Shown here: positions 40,901 to 52,378 of the stretch, piece by piece | Layout of the letters: each line of letters begins with the position of its first letter | Numbering within the stretch: the first letter of the stretch is position 1 | Assembly (NCBI GenBank): GCA_030704615.1 | Contig: CM060734.1 | Coordinates: 27,776,001-27,840,000, forward strand | DNA length: 64,000 nt | Direction: 5' to 3' | Source of the DNA: Takakia lepidozioides | Lineage: Eukaryota > Plantae > Bryophyta | Translations under genes and position numbers: made by a program | Notes under the pieces: model-generated | What the model was told of the DNA's origin: nothing | Databases searched by the model: none | What the model saw: the letters and a program-made list of their open reading frames with translations, nothing else

Positions 40901-43900
40901 TATCTTGGAAACAGGACCGCCCTGTCAAACAGGCTAAGTTCTGGCAGAAGAGATTGTACTCATAAGACGTTGTTTGCCGTAGCCTTGTGGCCATTGACCC
41001 CGCGCCCAGTTTGAGCGGGAACAAAAGGGACAGAACCTACCTCTGTCAGGGGCTGACGTTGGTAGTAAGACTTACCTCCATATAAAGAATTAATCTGGGT
41101 TTTCCAGATATCCTCAAGAAATCCCTTCACACAAGCATCAATCTGCTGTGTGTGATTTGCCCAAAAACTAGGCCCCAGGAGGGCCTGGGCTTTTGCCCCA
41201 GCCTCGAGACTTTCAAAAATTGGTAAACAGGGGTACAGGCACAATTCCCTTCATAGATTTGAAGAGAGTGTCTCTTTGGTGAGAGAACCCCAGACAGTGT
41301 ATCAGAAAATGAATACTGTCTTCAGATTGCCCACACAACGGGCGATTGCACTCTCCCTTTCCTCTCTGCTTCTGTTTGCTGTTCAAAGGTAGGCTTCCTG
41401 CCCTGAGTTTAAATTTCAGTCTAGTGCCGAGAGTGGGTAGACCCTTGAGGGCATCCAAGATGTCCTCCCCCATGTCACAGACTGGAAACAAGTTCAGGGA
41501 AGTTTTCTGCCTAACTTCATTTTCATCAGACAATCTCATGGCAACAGACATGGCTGACGACACTACAGCCTCTAAGTCAGATTTATCCAGCAGGGTCAAG
41601 ACTTGCGGATCCAGGTCCAGGTCCTTGAGGATCTCTTCTACTCTCTTCTGCCAGGACTTAGCCTGTTTGACAGGGCGGTCCTGTTTCCAAGATATAGAGT
41701 CGATTAACTTAGGATATCTGGTGTTGGGCATATGTTGCAGCTGACCCCACCATCTGACCTTGAATTCACCTGGCAGAAGAGAGTAGAAGAGATTCTCAAG
41801 GATCTGAATCTGGACCCGCAAGTCTTGACCTTGCTGGATAAATCTGACTTAGAGACTGTAGTGTCCAAAGCCATGTCTGTTACCAGCAAATTGTCTGATG
41901 CAAATGAAGTTAGGCAGAAAACTTCCCTGAACCTGTTTCCAGTCTGTGACATGGGGGAGGATATCATGGATGACCTCAAGGGTCTACCCACTCTCGGCAC
42001 CAGACTGAAATTTAAACTCAGGACAGGAAGCCTACCTTTGAACAGCAAACAGAAGCAGAGAGGAAAGGGAGAGTGCAATTGCCCGTTGTGTGGGCAACCC
42101 GAAGACAATATTCGTTTTCTGATTCACTGTCCGGGGTACTCTCACCAGAGAGAAGCTCTCCTCCAATCTATCAAGAGAATTGTGCCTGTACCTCTGTTTA
42201 CCAACTTTGAAAGTCTCGAGGCTGAGCCAAAAGCCCAGGCCCTTCTGAGGCCTAGTTTTTGGGCAAATCACACACCATCAGATTGATGCTTGTGTGAAGG
42301 GATTTCTAGAGGATATCTGGAAAACCTGAATTAGCCCCTGACAGAGGTAGGTTCCGTCCCTTTGGTTTCCGCTCAAACTGGGCGCGGGGTCAATGGCCAC
42401 AAGGCTACGGCAAACAACGTCTTAGGAGTACATTCTTACTCACCTCTGTGCAGAGTATAGTTCTTTCTTTACATGTTATGAAGTACCATTTCATTTCATT
42501 TACATGCACAAAACAAATCAGGTGCAAATTAAGAACCCTAGGACCAAACATCACTCAAAAATGAACAAGCTGAAGCCCAGAACAAATCTACTTTGAGCTT
42601 CTTCACAGCTTTTAAGGAGCAAGACCTCTGTACTGACAGTAATTCTGCTTGTACAAAGGGAACGCACATGTCTGGGTATGGTGGTAGGATAGCAAGCATT
42701 CCTGTTGCTTAAAACAGGGACTCTTGTGTTCGCTGTGCAGAAGGCTATCACAGAGAAAGTGGTACCTCAGTTGGAAAAAATTGTTGGAGCAAAGCTGGAG
42801 ACAACAGTGACCCGGCAACTACAAACCCAGTTCCAGACAGTGGGAAAGCAGACACTGCAGGTTTGTCAATTGACGGTGACTTTAAGGGAAACAATCTGTG
42901 TTTTGTGACTGTAGGGAGGTCATAGCATGTGCCTGCCGAGCAGCTATTGTGATGGTGGTAAGTTTTGGGGACATTGGGTGGTTTGCAGGATATATTGCGC
43001 TCGTGCTTTGAGACCTCCCTCATCCCTGCATTTGAACGTTCATGTCGGGGCATGTTTGAGCAAGTTGATTCTGCCTTTCAGTGTGGCATGGCTGAGCACA
43101 CTTCCTACACTCAGAAACAGTTCACCTCATCACACTCTGCTCTTGTCTCCACATTGCAGGTGCTCTCTTCTCTGTCTATCTCTCTGGGCCACCTGTGGGC
43201 ACAAAAGATATCGTCCTCTCTATCCTGTTTGGTCTATGGCCAGAAGGCTACGGCAAACAATGGCTTATGAGTGCATTTTATCCCTCTGTTTTCCATAATC
43301 TCGTTGCTTTCTTTTTTCATCTGTATATCTAAAGCTTATATGTTTGAACCTGGACCAGACCGTTGTCAGTTGTGCGCCAGGATAAGAACTGTTTGGGCTG
43401 CATTCCACACCTGGTAGTTGAAAACTTCCTTGTGGGTAGGCGGGGGCCATATGTCATAGCAATCTTTAGAAGGGCCAATAGTGTATCCCTGCTGAAAGTG
43501 GTTTATATACTCGCTTCCATTAACAATTCTGACTAGTTGGCACAAGGAGCTAGGCAATCCCAACATTACACCAGGAGCCTGTACGAAGACTACATTCCAA
43601 TGACATTTTAGATTATTTACGTCCTTGTGTGTGCATGCTTGATTGTACAGGATACAGTGGCATCAGCATCGTCACTTGCAGATTCATTGAAAATTGAGTT
43701 GGTGGATAGCCATAGGAAGCTAGTCGCACTGGTGGAGAATGCTGGCACAAGTGCAGCACATGGTTCACTTATTGCCAAGCAAACCAATGGGACCCTGCCC
43801 AATGAGGTCTTATTAACTCCCTTGTCTGTGGCATGCAGGCTTACGAAGTAGTGTGATTCCTGGCTTTTCTGAACCTTCTCCAGAAGCTGTGACTGTTGAA

Positions 43901-44757
43901 ATGGACACCATGTCAACTTTGTCGTAATGCTGTGGAGAAGAGATAATGAACACCCTTCAGTTAGTTTATACTCACTAAAGTTTCTCTTCGCAAGGACCCA
44001 ACAGGCAGCCTTCGATAAAACAGACTTTGGACACTTACAGCCTGTGGCAACATCTCGTGCAGTTAATCATTTTTAATCACATGCATGTGGCAGGTGCTTC
44101 CTCTTGAGCATCTGGAAGAGTCCCTGGACCCAACTGTGAAGTTGGGAAAACTTTTATGTGAGGGCAAACTGGAAGAGGCCTTCACCAAGGCCCTCTCTTT
44201 GACTGATGTGACAGTTGTCTCATGGCTATGTGATCAGGTTGGTCTGCTGCCCTCAGCCAAGACGCCCATGTGGTGGAAGTCTTCTTAGAACATTAGGTGC
44301 TGGGCTTTAAGGGCTCAGAGGGGGAGAGTTCTCCATTAGTCTTATCTCAAACATCAAAACTCATAAGCGCCGAGCTGTCAGTTGCTGCAGCCTGTTGGTT
44401 CGTAGCCTTATTGGTTCAAAATGTGTTTTGAAACTGTCTGTCTCCCAGGTGGACCCAGTGGCGCTATTTGCATCAGCACCCCTTCCACTAAGCCAAGGAG
44501 TGCTGCTGTCGTTAGTGCAGCAGCTGGGCTGTGACCTAGGGAAGGACACATCACGCAAGCTGACATGGATCCGGGAGGCAGCATTGGCCCTTAATCCGAA
44601 CGACCCAGTTCTGGCCCCACATATGCGGCCTTTCTTGGAACAGCTGTATCAGAACCTGCATCGACAAATGCTTCTTACAGGATCCGGGGGAGACCTTGCA
44701 AGTGCCATGAGGCTGGTCATTCATGTGGTCAACTCCTTGTTAACATCATGCAAGTGA
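19006..44757 (+). CDS. VCS: VARICOSE / enhancer of mRNA-decapping protein 4 (EDC4/Ge-1), 13 coding exons, ~1562 aa
   Basis: Pro-rich N-terminus; [32 protein letters not shown]; [19 protein letters not shown]; WD40 region; HLITPSEL; coiled coil; C-terminal [28 protein letters not shown]. The GT-AG exons join in frame (4689 nt). Confidence 0.95.
20305..20354 (+). CDS. VCS: VCS/EDC4 exon 2
   Basis: cag|[16 protein letters not shown]-ag|gtaaat. Confidence 0.9.
21558..22095 (+). repeat. 141-bp (47-aa) in-frame tandem repeat x4 in the LINE ORF N-terminus
   Basis: [35 protein letters not shown] unit at 141-bp spacing. Confidence 0.93.
24330..25417 (+). mobile_element. 5'-truncated copy of the same LINE nested inside the intron-2 element
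   Basis: The RT frame breaks at QGCTLSPL and resumes at LLFNVF after a complete 3' end; TSD TCTCTCCC(C/G)TCT at 24318-24329 and 25418-25429. Confidence 0.9.
27322..27478 (+). CDS. VCS: VCS/EDC4 exon 3
   Basis: cag|t-ASTDGRV..WNYHTQ|gt; phase matches exon 2. Confidence 0.9.
27834..28061 (+). CDS. VCS: VCS/EDC4 exon 4
   Basis: cag|[17 protein letters not shown]|gt. Confidence 0.88.
28632..28760 (+). CDS. VCS: VCS/EDC4 exon 5
   Basis: cag|[17 protein letters not shown]|gtatc. Confidence 0.88.
29096..31063 (+). CDS. VCS: VCS/EDC4 exon 6
   Basis: cag|[17 protein letters not shown]|gtaagt. Confidence 0.92.
31436..31520 (+). CDS. VCS: VCS/EDC4 exon 7
   Basis: cag|[28 protein letters not shown]-g|gtatg. 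Confidence 0.88.
32270..32544 (+). CDS. VCS: VCS/EDC4 exon 8
   Basis: cag|[10 protein letters not shown]..[19 protein letters not shown]|gtag. Confidence 0.9.
33070..36526 (+). mobile_element. RTE/RTEX-like LINE, 5'-truncated at the APE start (older subfamily), VCS intron 8
   Basis: APE-RT-Zn with frameshifts; TSD TCTCTTGT(T/C)CCATA at 33056-33069 and 36527-36540. Confidence 0.93.
36926..42433 (+). mobile_element. Full-length RTE/RTEX-like LINE, VCS intron 8
   Basis: Same 5' end (CTCTCCCTGTCCTCTAGGAAG) as the intron-2 copy; 782-aa APE-RT ORF; TSD TCTTACTC at 36918-36925 and 42434-42441. Confidence 0.93.
40954..41769 (-). mobile_element. Antisense 5'-truncated copy of the same LINE nested in the 36926-42433 element
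   Basis: Reverse-complement 3' end at 40954; 13-bp TSD CTGGCAGAAGAGA at 40941-40953 and 41770-41782 (TCTCTTCTGCCAG on the element strand). Confidence 0.92.
42741..42860 (+). CDS. VCS: VCS/EDC4 exon 9
   Basis: cag|[24 protein letters not shown]|gttt. Confidence 0.9.
42989..43159 (+). CDS. VCS: VCS/EDC4 exon 10
   Basis: cag|[23 protein letters not shown]|gt. Confidence 0.9.
43231..43276 (+). mobile_element. ~45-bp relic of the LINE 3' end in VCS intron 10
   Basis: ggtctatggccagaaggctacggcaaacaatggcttatgagtgcat resembles ggtcaatggccacaaggctacggcaaacaacgtcttatgagtacaa. Confidence 0.75.
43651..43806 (+). CDS. VCS: VCS/EDC4 exon 11
   Basis: cag|[16 protein letters not shown]|gt. Confidence 0.85.
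44094..44237 (+). CDS. VCS: VCS/EDC4 exon 12
   Basis: cag|[29 protein letters not shown]|gt. Confidence 0.9.
44449..44757 (+). CDS. VCS: VCS/EDC4 exon 13 (terminal)
   Basis: cag|[24 protein letters not shown]. Confidence 0.92.
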   Translation: MDPVALFASAPLPLSQGVLLSLVQQLGCDLGKDTSRKLTWIREAALALNPNDPVLAPHMRPFLEQLYQNLHRQMLLTGSGGDLASAMRLVIHVVNSLLTSCK

Positions 44758-45164
44758 CAAAATCCCACAAGAAGGAGAAATACTGCATACTCCATAGACT
44801 GTTCTTAAATGACAGCGGATTTGTGAGCATAGAGACCTCATGTCCATTCACCGATCTTTGGGGTCAGTGCGTGTGTCTGTGTCCAAGACAGTGTGACACA
44901 GAGAGGTGTGCAACATACTTAACAGACAGAGAGAGGAAACCAGTGGGAAAGGAGAAGAGACCACCACAAAGAGAATGTATGTCTGATGTCTCAGGGGCAC
45001 TCTGAGGTAAGCTGTACATACATGCTGTACAGGTTTTGATGTTTGCAGTTAGATTTGTAACTACTCAGGTTGGCCAGGAAGATGGACTGATTGATATAAT
45101 AATTCTCAGCAAGGGTCCCCCCAGTTCTTAGGCAATCGAATGAAGGTCATTCTTCTTCAGGAAC

Positions 45165-47172
45165 TCAAACTTTGACCTTGATTTCTAGTTCTTTGAAATC
45201 TGTTAAGTTTTTGAAGTATGGTCACTTGCAGGGTTTCCTAGAACATAGACAGTCTAGTGACGGCTCTCAGGCTTTTATGCCAAAGACATCTAGTTTGATC
45301 ATGGTGGCTTTTTGACAAGGTTATGGAATGCGGTTTCCAGACCTCTATTAAATGGTTCTGGCTTTATGGAGGATCAAGCCATCTCCAGGCCTTTATTAAA
45401 ATGCTTGGCTTTATTTTATTTCTTGGCTTTATGGAGAGTCAAACTAGATTACATTCCCCCAAGCCCTTGGGGTTATGACACGGTAAAGGTTAAGTGATTC
45501 TGGATATCCTTATTTCGACCTATATCCTCTGAATGTTTCTTATGGGGTGTTGGAATACCATTTCCAGATTTGTACCTGAAGGTATCTATGCTGGAAACCG
45601 ATTTACAACAGGTGTATCCGTGTAAGTAAAATGCAGCAATGCACCTGCAACTAGTGTTTATGGCTCATTCCTTTCTATGAGGGCATAAATCAAGGGTGTT
45701 GATTGTCTCCTTCAATGATGATTGACTTGAAAGCTCAGTTTGAGACTCAGTTTTTCTTAAAGGGCATGAATGATCTAGTGGCTGGCTTACAATGAGATTG
45801 CAATAAAGGGTATGCAGATCTAGTTATGCTATGTCAGATCTGTCATATGTTTTCATGACCCTGTATATCCCCATTGAAGCATTTTTTGAAGCAGCCGATT
45901 GCAGCAACACTCATCCACTCTACAATGCTTAGATCCTTGCAAGCTTCATAAATCAATTCAACTGAAGTCCCTCACCTGCGTCCGTCCCAAAAACAAACAC
46001 AAAAAACATTTTGTGTGTTAGTGAGGATGCGCGAGGTGAGTGGCAGGACTTCACAGTTGTTATCCATGTCAAAACTGAGTTATAAAGCAAACAAAGAGAC
46101 CAAGCAAAAGGCAGAAGCAAAATCAACCAAAAAATTTCAAAATTAATGGAACTAGAGAGCTCTTCAGCCTGGCGTCCATGATCTGGCATACAACAAGGCA
46201 AAACATAATAGATTTGCTTGAAGGGGAGAGCAGACAAGCCTCCACAGATCTATTAGGGCGCCGCTGCAGAAAACACAAACAAAGAAGGATTCTCCACAGA
46301 TCGCGGCAGCAGCTTGTCTGCCGCTAGCAGGGGAGCGTTAAGATCAACCATAGTCACACCTCCTAAGGGGATTACCAATGCGGGGATCGTGCCTCTGCGT
46401 TCTCAGGCCGCCATCACACATCTCCAAGAAATAAAGTGTCGGGCTGTTTAGAGTTAGAGAAGTGATCATGCATAACCTCCCCGTGATTTCTTCCTGTCTG
46501 GCCGCCATCGCACCGTGAAGCCACCATCGCGCAGCTCCAGGAAACACAGAAGCCCAACCGTCGGGCTATTTAGGTTTAGAGAGGTGAACCAATCCTGCTT
46601 CCCTGCGATTTCATCCAATTTGGATGGAAAATCGGTAATAGCTGGTAGGTTACTTTCACGGGATTTCATCCAGCATAGATATTTTTCGTAGGTTTCCAGG
46701 AATTCATCCGTTATGGATGACATCCAACATGGATGTAAAAATCAGCCATTCATCAATTTTTAAGCAATACTTCAAAAAAATACCGGGCTGTCCAGTAATC
46801 ATCCATTTTAGGCAAAAAACATCAAGCCACATTTTTTCATTAGGTGTTCATCCAGTACGGATGAGCCCCTGAAATTTTTAAATTTTTTGGGGATTATATA
46901 ACAATAGATTCCAAACTGGAAAATCATATTTTAAATCCCAAATAGATATCTGGAGGGAGGGAGGGAGGGAGGAGGGAGGGAGGGAGGGAGAGGGAGAGGG
47001 AGAGAGAGGGAACCCACCATCCAAACCCCTGGCATGGCAGTCCCTTACGGAGTGAGTGTGGTATGCACTCACCCCGTAAGGGAGTGCATACCAGACCCAT
47101 TCTCGTAAAGCTCTCCCTCTACATTGTAGTTTTATCCGTGGACTTGAAATACCAAAAGGATAAAAGGCCTAC
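45165..47172. repeat. Second cluster of the non-coding repeat family seen at 5-13 kb
   Basis: 45165-45862 matches 12499-13193 (direct); 45863-46073 matches 12275-12496 (inverted); 46950-47172 matches 9690-9880. Confidence 0.88.
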
Positions 47173-48126
47173 AATCTAACCAATCAATTCCGATGTATTA
47201 CTCAAGTTAAAAATCAGCGCTCAGTCAGGGGCGCTGAAATAGAATTCTTAAGGCTCCTTGAGCTCGAATTGCACCAGATGTTAGCAAGTACCTTGCTTCC
47301 ATCTTGCCAATAGCTTCTTCTTGCTTCTTGATCTGAGTATGGACTGCAGAGAGTTCAGTCCCAAGCACACGCTTCTCTTCCATGGCATAGCGATCCTGCA
47401 GGAGGACCACCGCCTTCACCATTGCTGCTTACACCCTCATTGCGCTGCGAGCTATGGCGTCCCTCCTCTGACCGCGAGCCCGATGTCACACACTTATGAG
47501 AAGCCACTACCTGCACTCGCAATATACGAAGGCCCTCCATAGTCTGGATTTGCATTCACCCGACCAAGGCCGCATTCTTCCTTCCCGCCATGTCCCACGC
47601 AGCACGGGCATCCATGTCATTTCCAGGCGGAGCCAGTACATATTAAAATATGTATTCCCCGTCGGACTTTCATTGTTCACCTCTTTTTGTGACACACACG
47701 TCAGCAAATGTGCCCCCGAATCCCGGGTGCAATCAATGCCCGGGTGCAATCAATGCGCGGTGGTTTATGGAGTCGCCCACTCGACTGTATACTCATTTTA
47801 ATGAATAAATATTTTGATTCCATTAAATCTAATAGTAATGTACTTTTCTAGTTGCATGTGAAGTAATTCAAACCACTTTTAATTGCCGCTCTTAATTTTT
47901 TTTCAATTTACGTAATTGAATTAAATAGCCCCGATTATTGTAACGACTGCGGACTCATTGACACAACTTCTATCCGCCATGAGAAATGCCCCCGTGGGTC
48001 TTCATTGTCCGTTGCGACTCTCCAGTCATAACGTGGATTGCGAAGTTGATCCCGGAGTGGTTTCGGACGCGCAGTCGATTCGGAAAAGACATGAACGGTT
48101 GTTGTGAGACCCGAAGGATGTGTTGA

Positions 48127-49045
48127 AGACCACATTCACTTCACCGTGGAGTACATTTGCCTATACAATGATGCCCTTTGGTTTGTGCAACGCGCCCCTG
48201 ACATTTCAGAGGGTTATAACGTAGGCTTTCTCAGACATCGTGAGAAATAATTTGGTTATCTTTTTAGATGACTTTTGTTGCAATGGAGACGCAAGGGATC
48301 ATATTGCAGTATTACGGGAGTGCTTTATCCGGTGCAAAGAGAACGGGATATCTCTCAACCCAATGAAGTGTGTGTTTGCGGTCACACATGGACTGCTATT
48401 GGGGCAATAGTGTCCAGAGATGGCGTGGCGACAGACCCAGCAAAGGTGAGCGCCATAGTCGAGCTTCCCGCACCACTAGAGACATCTTCTAAGGTGAAGG
48501 GATTCATTGGCCACAGAGGGTGGTATAGGAAATTCATGGACAAGTATGTAGCAGAAGCCTTACCTCTGACTCGATTGCTAAAGAAGAACCCAGTATTTTC
48601 CTGGGAAGCAGGGTGTCAGGAGTCTACGCTTAAACAACGCTTGGTGTCAACACTAGTCTTGGCAGCTCCAGATTGGAACAAGCCTTTGCACGTGTTCGTT
48701 GATGCTTCAGCAGTGGCAATAGGTTGTGCCCTTTGCCAACCAGATGCTGATGGCCATGATCATCCGATATCTATCGCTAGTCGACAGCTGACATTCGCCG
48801 AGACGCGGTATAGCACCACCGAGTGGGAGGCTCTGGGAATGATTTTTGCCGTGAAAAAGTATTGGCACTACTTGTTGGAGACACCATTTATTTTTTTTGT
48901 TGATCACACGGCATTACGATATCTGATCAACAAGCCTGATTTGACGGGAAGAATAGCCAGGTGGGTCATTCTGCTTCAGGAATTTGACTACAAGGTAGTC
49001 TACAAGCCCGGAAGGCTTAATGCTCAGGCTGATCACCTCTCGTGA
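48127..49045 (+). mobile_element. Ty3/Gypsy pol fragment (RT-RNase H), degenerate
   Basis: MPFGLCNAP.TFQR, FLDDF, DPAKV.AI, VDAS..AIG..L.Q, YSTTE.EALG, GRIARW.ILLQEFD. Confidence 0.92.
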
Positions 49046-50474
49046 TTGTCAAAGAAAACAGGGGACGTGCAGCGCACCTCGCTTCAGTAAGCTCCCCTTC
49101 AAGTCATAGTTACTCGCTTTGATATGCGCGCCTAACTCCCAAACTGGCCGCCGGGCCAACTCGGAGAGCTTGACGGCTGCTCACCGGGCCATAACGGTCC
49201 CCCTCACACTCCCACTCGACCCTCGACCTATCGGGCTCAGTGGAAATTCCCTTTGGTAGATGGCAGTCCGGAACAGCTCCCCACACCTTGGTCGCTTTCC
49301 GACTCGCACGCTTACTCACTAGTTTTTGGTCACTAACGGGCTTGCACCGTTCTCGGGGTTACTACTCCCTATATATACTTTTGTAGGTGTCCGCGGGGGT
49401 TCCACAGGTAGCGAAGTCCAAATCTAGTGCACCACCAATTAGATCCTCGATCGTCCCAATGGTGAGCCGCGGTGAGTCTTGGCCCACCCACTACGGCCCC
49501 AAATGGACCGTGGGGGATGAGTCCCAAGGACTCCCCACACTCCACCACAAGACCTCAACCTCATGGTGAGTCCTATGCCACCCCCACTACGACTCCCTAC
49601 GCTACCACCACCCCTCTGTGGAGCCCCCACCACCGCCACCCGGTTTGCGGGGCTCCACCCAGTGAGCGCCACTGCCTCCTTGAGTACCTTTGGCACTCAA
49701 GGGTGCTTCAGCCCTCTTTCCTATTTGTTGCCACTGTCCCCACCACAGGGGCAGCCCCTATTGTGTCCCGACCCCCCCGCCCTCAAGGCAAATGGCCGCG
49801 ACACACACCCCTACCAATTGAGGGATCGATTTCCTCATCGACTTGTCCCTTTTTGTGGAAACTAACATCCAAGTTGTGGAGTTCACATCATCACAAGGAG
49901 TTGTTGTGTTTCCGTACCATGGGTCCCATGGCAAAAGACCCAAAACCCCACTTGACTCTACTCTCAACTAGCTAGTTCTGCCGACTTCCTCCAAGTCCCG
50001 GGCAACGGTGGAGCCTCTCAAGCTCCACCCAGTGCACTCTTCTTGGCCCACTTCAAGGCCAAGGAATGATCCTCCCGAGGATCGAATCGCCTTACTGCAA
50101 CAACATTACTTGCGACCGCTCATGATGCCGCTTTTTGGCATCACCTTGAGCAAGGGTTCACCTTGAACCCTTTTTTACTAGGAAGATAACCTTGAACCAA
50201 CCGTGCGCCCCAATCACTACAATTGGGTCCGCCTTGGAATGTTGGCCTGAGGTACGGGAACACGCCGAAGCCGCATTATGACTTCGTCCCGAGGCTACAC
50301 GATTATAGTACGTGAACGGAAGCACGTAGCTTCCGAGTTAGCCCGCACTACAAGCAACCCCCTCGGTAGCGCAGTTATAGTATGCACACGCGCCAGGTGC
50401 GCACTAGCACGTGAACTCCCATAGAAGGCGCAAGTTTCCTTGCCCCTTGGATGGGAGTCACCCGATTTCGGCAC

Positions 50475-52140
50475 CATGCGAGTGACCAAGTCGACTCCAC
50501 TCCCAGGCCCACACGTCGACATTTTGAAAATGTAACAACGATCGGATTCGCTGCCTTGCCCTGGAAACCTGCTACCTTGGATGTAGTCATATCCAGTCAT
50601 TCGTTTCACTTCCAGGATTGAGTACATGTCCGACCCCCTGCCGAACTCCTGCTATGTGATTCCGCACATTCGGACTACAAACGTGCGAGACGGACTCCAA
50701 GAGGTCACGCATCTCGTCTTCGGTCAAGGGCTCTCGGTCGGAACCATCTTCAGACATGATTTTGCCAAGAGCAATCTTGTGGGCTGCCTTCAGCTGAATC
50801 TGCTTTGGTCTGGCTCCGGGGCTCAATTTAACCTCCTCTTTTATGATGTCGTGTGCTTCCTGCACAACCTCACGCATGTTGCCTCTCGCCAAGGGGTGGC
50901 AGTGGACCCCAACGTGTATGCAAGCTCTAGTCAAGTCCGGAGCAAATGGATAACGTAATATTGCTTGGCTCTGCACATGGACATGCACGTCGGTGGTTCT
51001 TTGCAATGTGCACACTTGAAAGACCCGCAGGAGCTTGGCTGGAGACAATGAATGGATGATGCGTTGTGCCAGTCCAATCCGTCTCGTTTTCGCCTCCTTT
51101 GGAGAGAAAGTGGAAGCAGGCGGGATTGAGGCACCTCAGCTTCCCCGCACAGAGGACATATCGTACACGAACACCATCAGCAATTTTCGTGCTACTGGTC
51201 TTCGTCACACACCAGGGGTGTCCGTCATGCTTTCGATCCATGTCTGTTAACATCCCGGAGGCTTTGTTTGACGAAGAACAGGTGGAAACTCGAAGATGAC
51301 ATTGCCATCGACTTCGGGAGGCAGAAACGTTACCTTTCTGACTGGGAATTTGGCATAGTCGAGAGCAGCCAGCTCGGAGCGAGAACCATCGAGGTGATGT
51401 TGTCGTAGGCTGCACAATGGACCGGGTTGGAGTTATGCTCGAGGGCACATGCGTAGCACCTACAGAGACGTCCATGCCGGATTTGAACGACCGTGTGGAG
51501 GACATGGGTACCTCAATGCAATCATCTTCCTCGTCGGAAATGTCGAATACGTCCACACGAGAAGCTATGGAGGGTCTTGACGGTCCAGGTCGGGAATGAT
51601 TATCGTTGCATACCTCTCTGTTGGCAGTGGCCGCCTGTCGGTTTCCGGACTCCTTTGTGGATGGTGTGGGCAGCGACTGATTCGGAAAGGGAATGGGCAT
51701 TCCCACAGCTCGGTACAGGATGGTGTCTGATGGGGGACGTGCCATTCGATTCCGCAACCTCGTCGTTACCTAGCACGACAATGGTCTCGTCAACCTGTCC
51801 AGGAACATCCTTCCTTTCTTCTTCCAAATAAACTGTGCCCGGTTTGAGCTTGAATTTGGAACAAAGGTAAGTTTCAGTCACTCTGCAAAGTCCTCCCTCG
51901 TTTGGGATCCAGGCTCTCCCAAGTTGCGGAGGACAGCAAACTATAGCGTAGGAATTCGGAGCCATCGAACACCGCACGAAGTTGGCAAGTGCGAGGTTCA
52001 GTATAGCGACAGACCAAGGCTCACAGGCACCATGCGGAGTCCATCGACGATTGGAAGTCGCACATTGAAGTGGAAAGTATTGTTTCAAGCTACATGCATG
52101 AAGGTGGGAGGTTGATTCCATAGCCAGTAGTATGACAATG
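50475..52140 (-). pseudogene. N-terminal half of a GCM/MULE-type transposase (copy 2), truncated before the DDE core
   Basis: Colinear with copy 1: ETYLCSKF.LKPGTVYLEEE..GQVD, MDRKHDGHPWC.TKT, CAGKLRCLNPAC, NETDW.G, HVGVHCHP, CSPNVRN.I, FPGQGS, FKMST..GSGVDLV.RM; several frameshifts; start approximate. Confidence 0.75.
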
Positions 52141-52378
52141 ATGGCCGATTCGGCGACGAAATAACATCTCTGACAGTTTCTCCTGAGGGTGGATCCAGCA
52201 GTATTCTCGGTGCAGACAGGAACGTTCGCACTGACAAGTGCCAGGACTGTTGTTAAAACGGTCAGACAACCAAGTTGTGCTCATCAAGACTGGCCGCAAT
52301 TGTGTTGTTTCGGAACAATGCAACCCATTCAGGTTCCAGATTTCCCGTCCCGAGTGATTCTTTCGATTGCTGGTGGAC

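Noticed and set aside
40954-41769. Twin-priming inversion within one LINE
   Set aside because: The inverted piece duplicates rather than replaces the 3' region and has its own 13-bp TSD, so it is a separate nested insertion.
49050-50460. GC-rich segment with a TATA-like motif (~49370) and short ORFs
   Set aside because: Possibly LTR or internal retroelement sequence, but no termini or domains could be identified; left unannotated.
50461-50478. PBS-like TGGTGCCGAAATCGGG on the minus strand
   Set aside because: It overlaps the codons RMVP, homologous to RMQP in copy 1, and no LTR precedes it; probably coincidental at the truncation junction.
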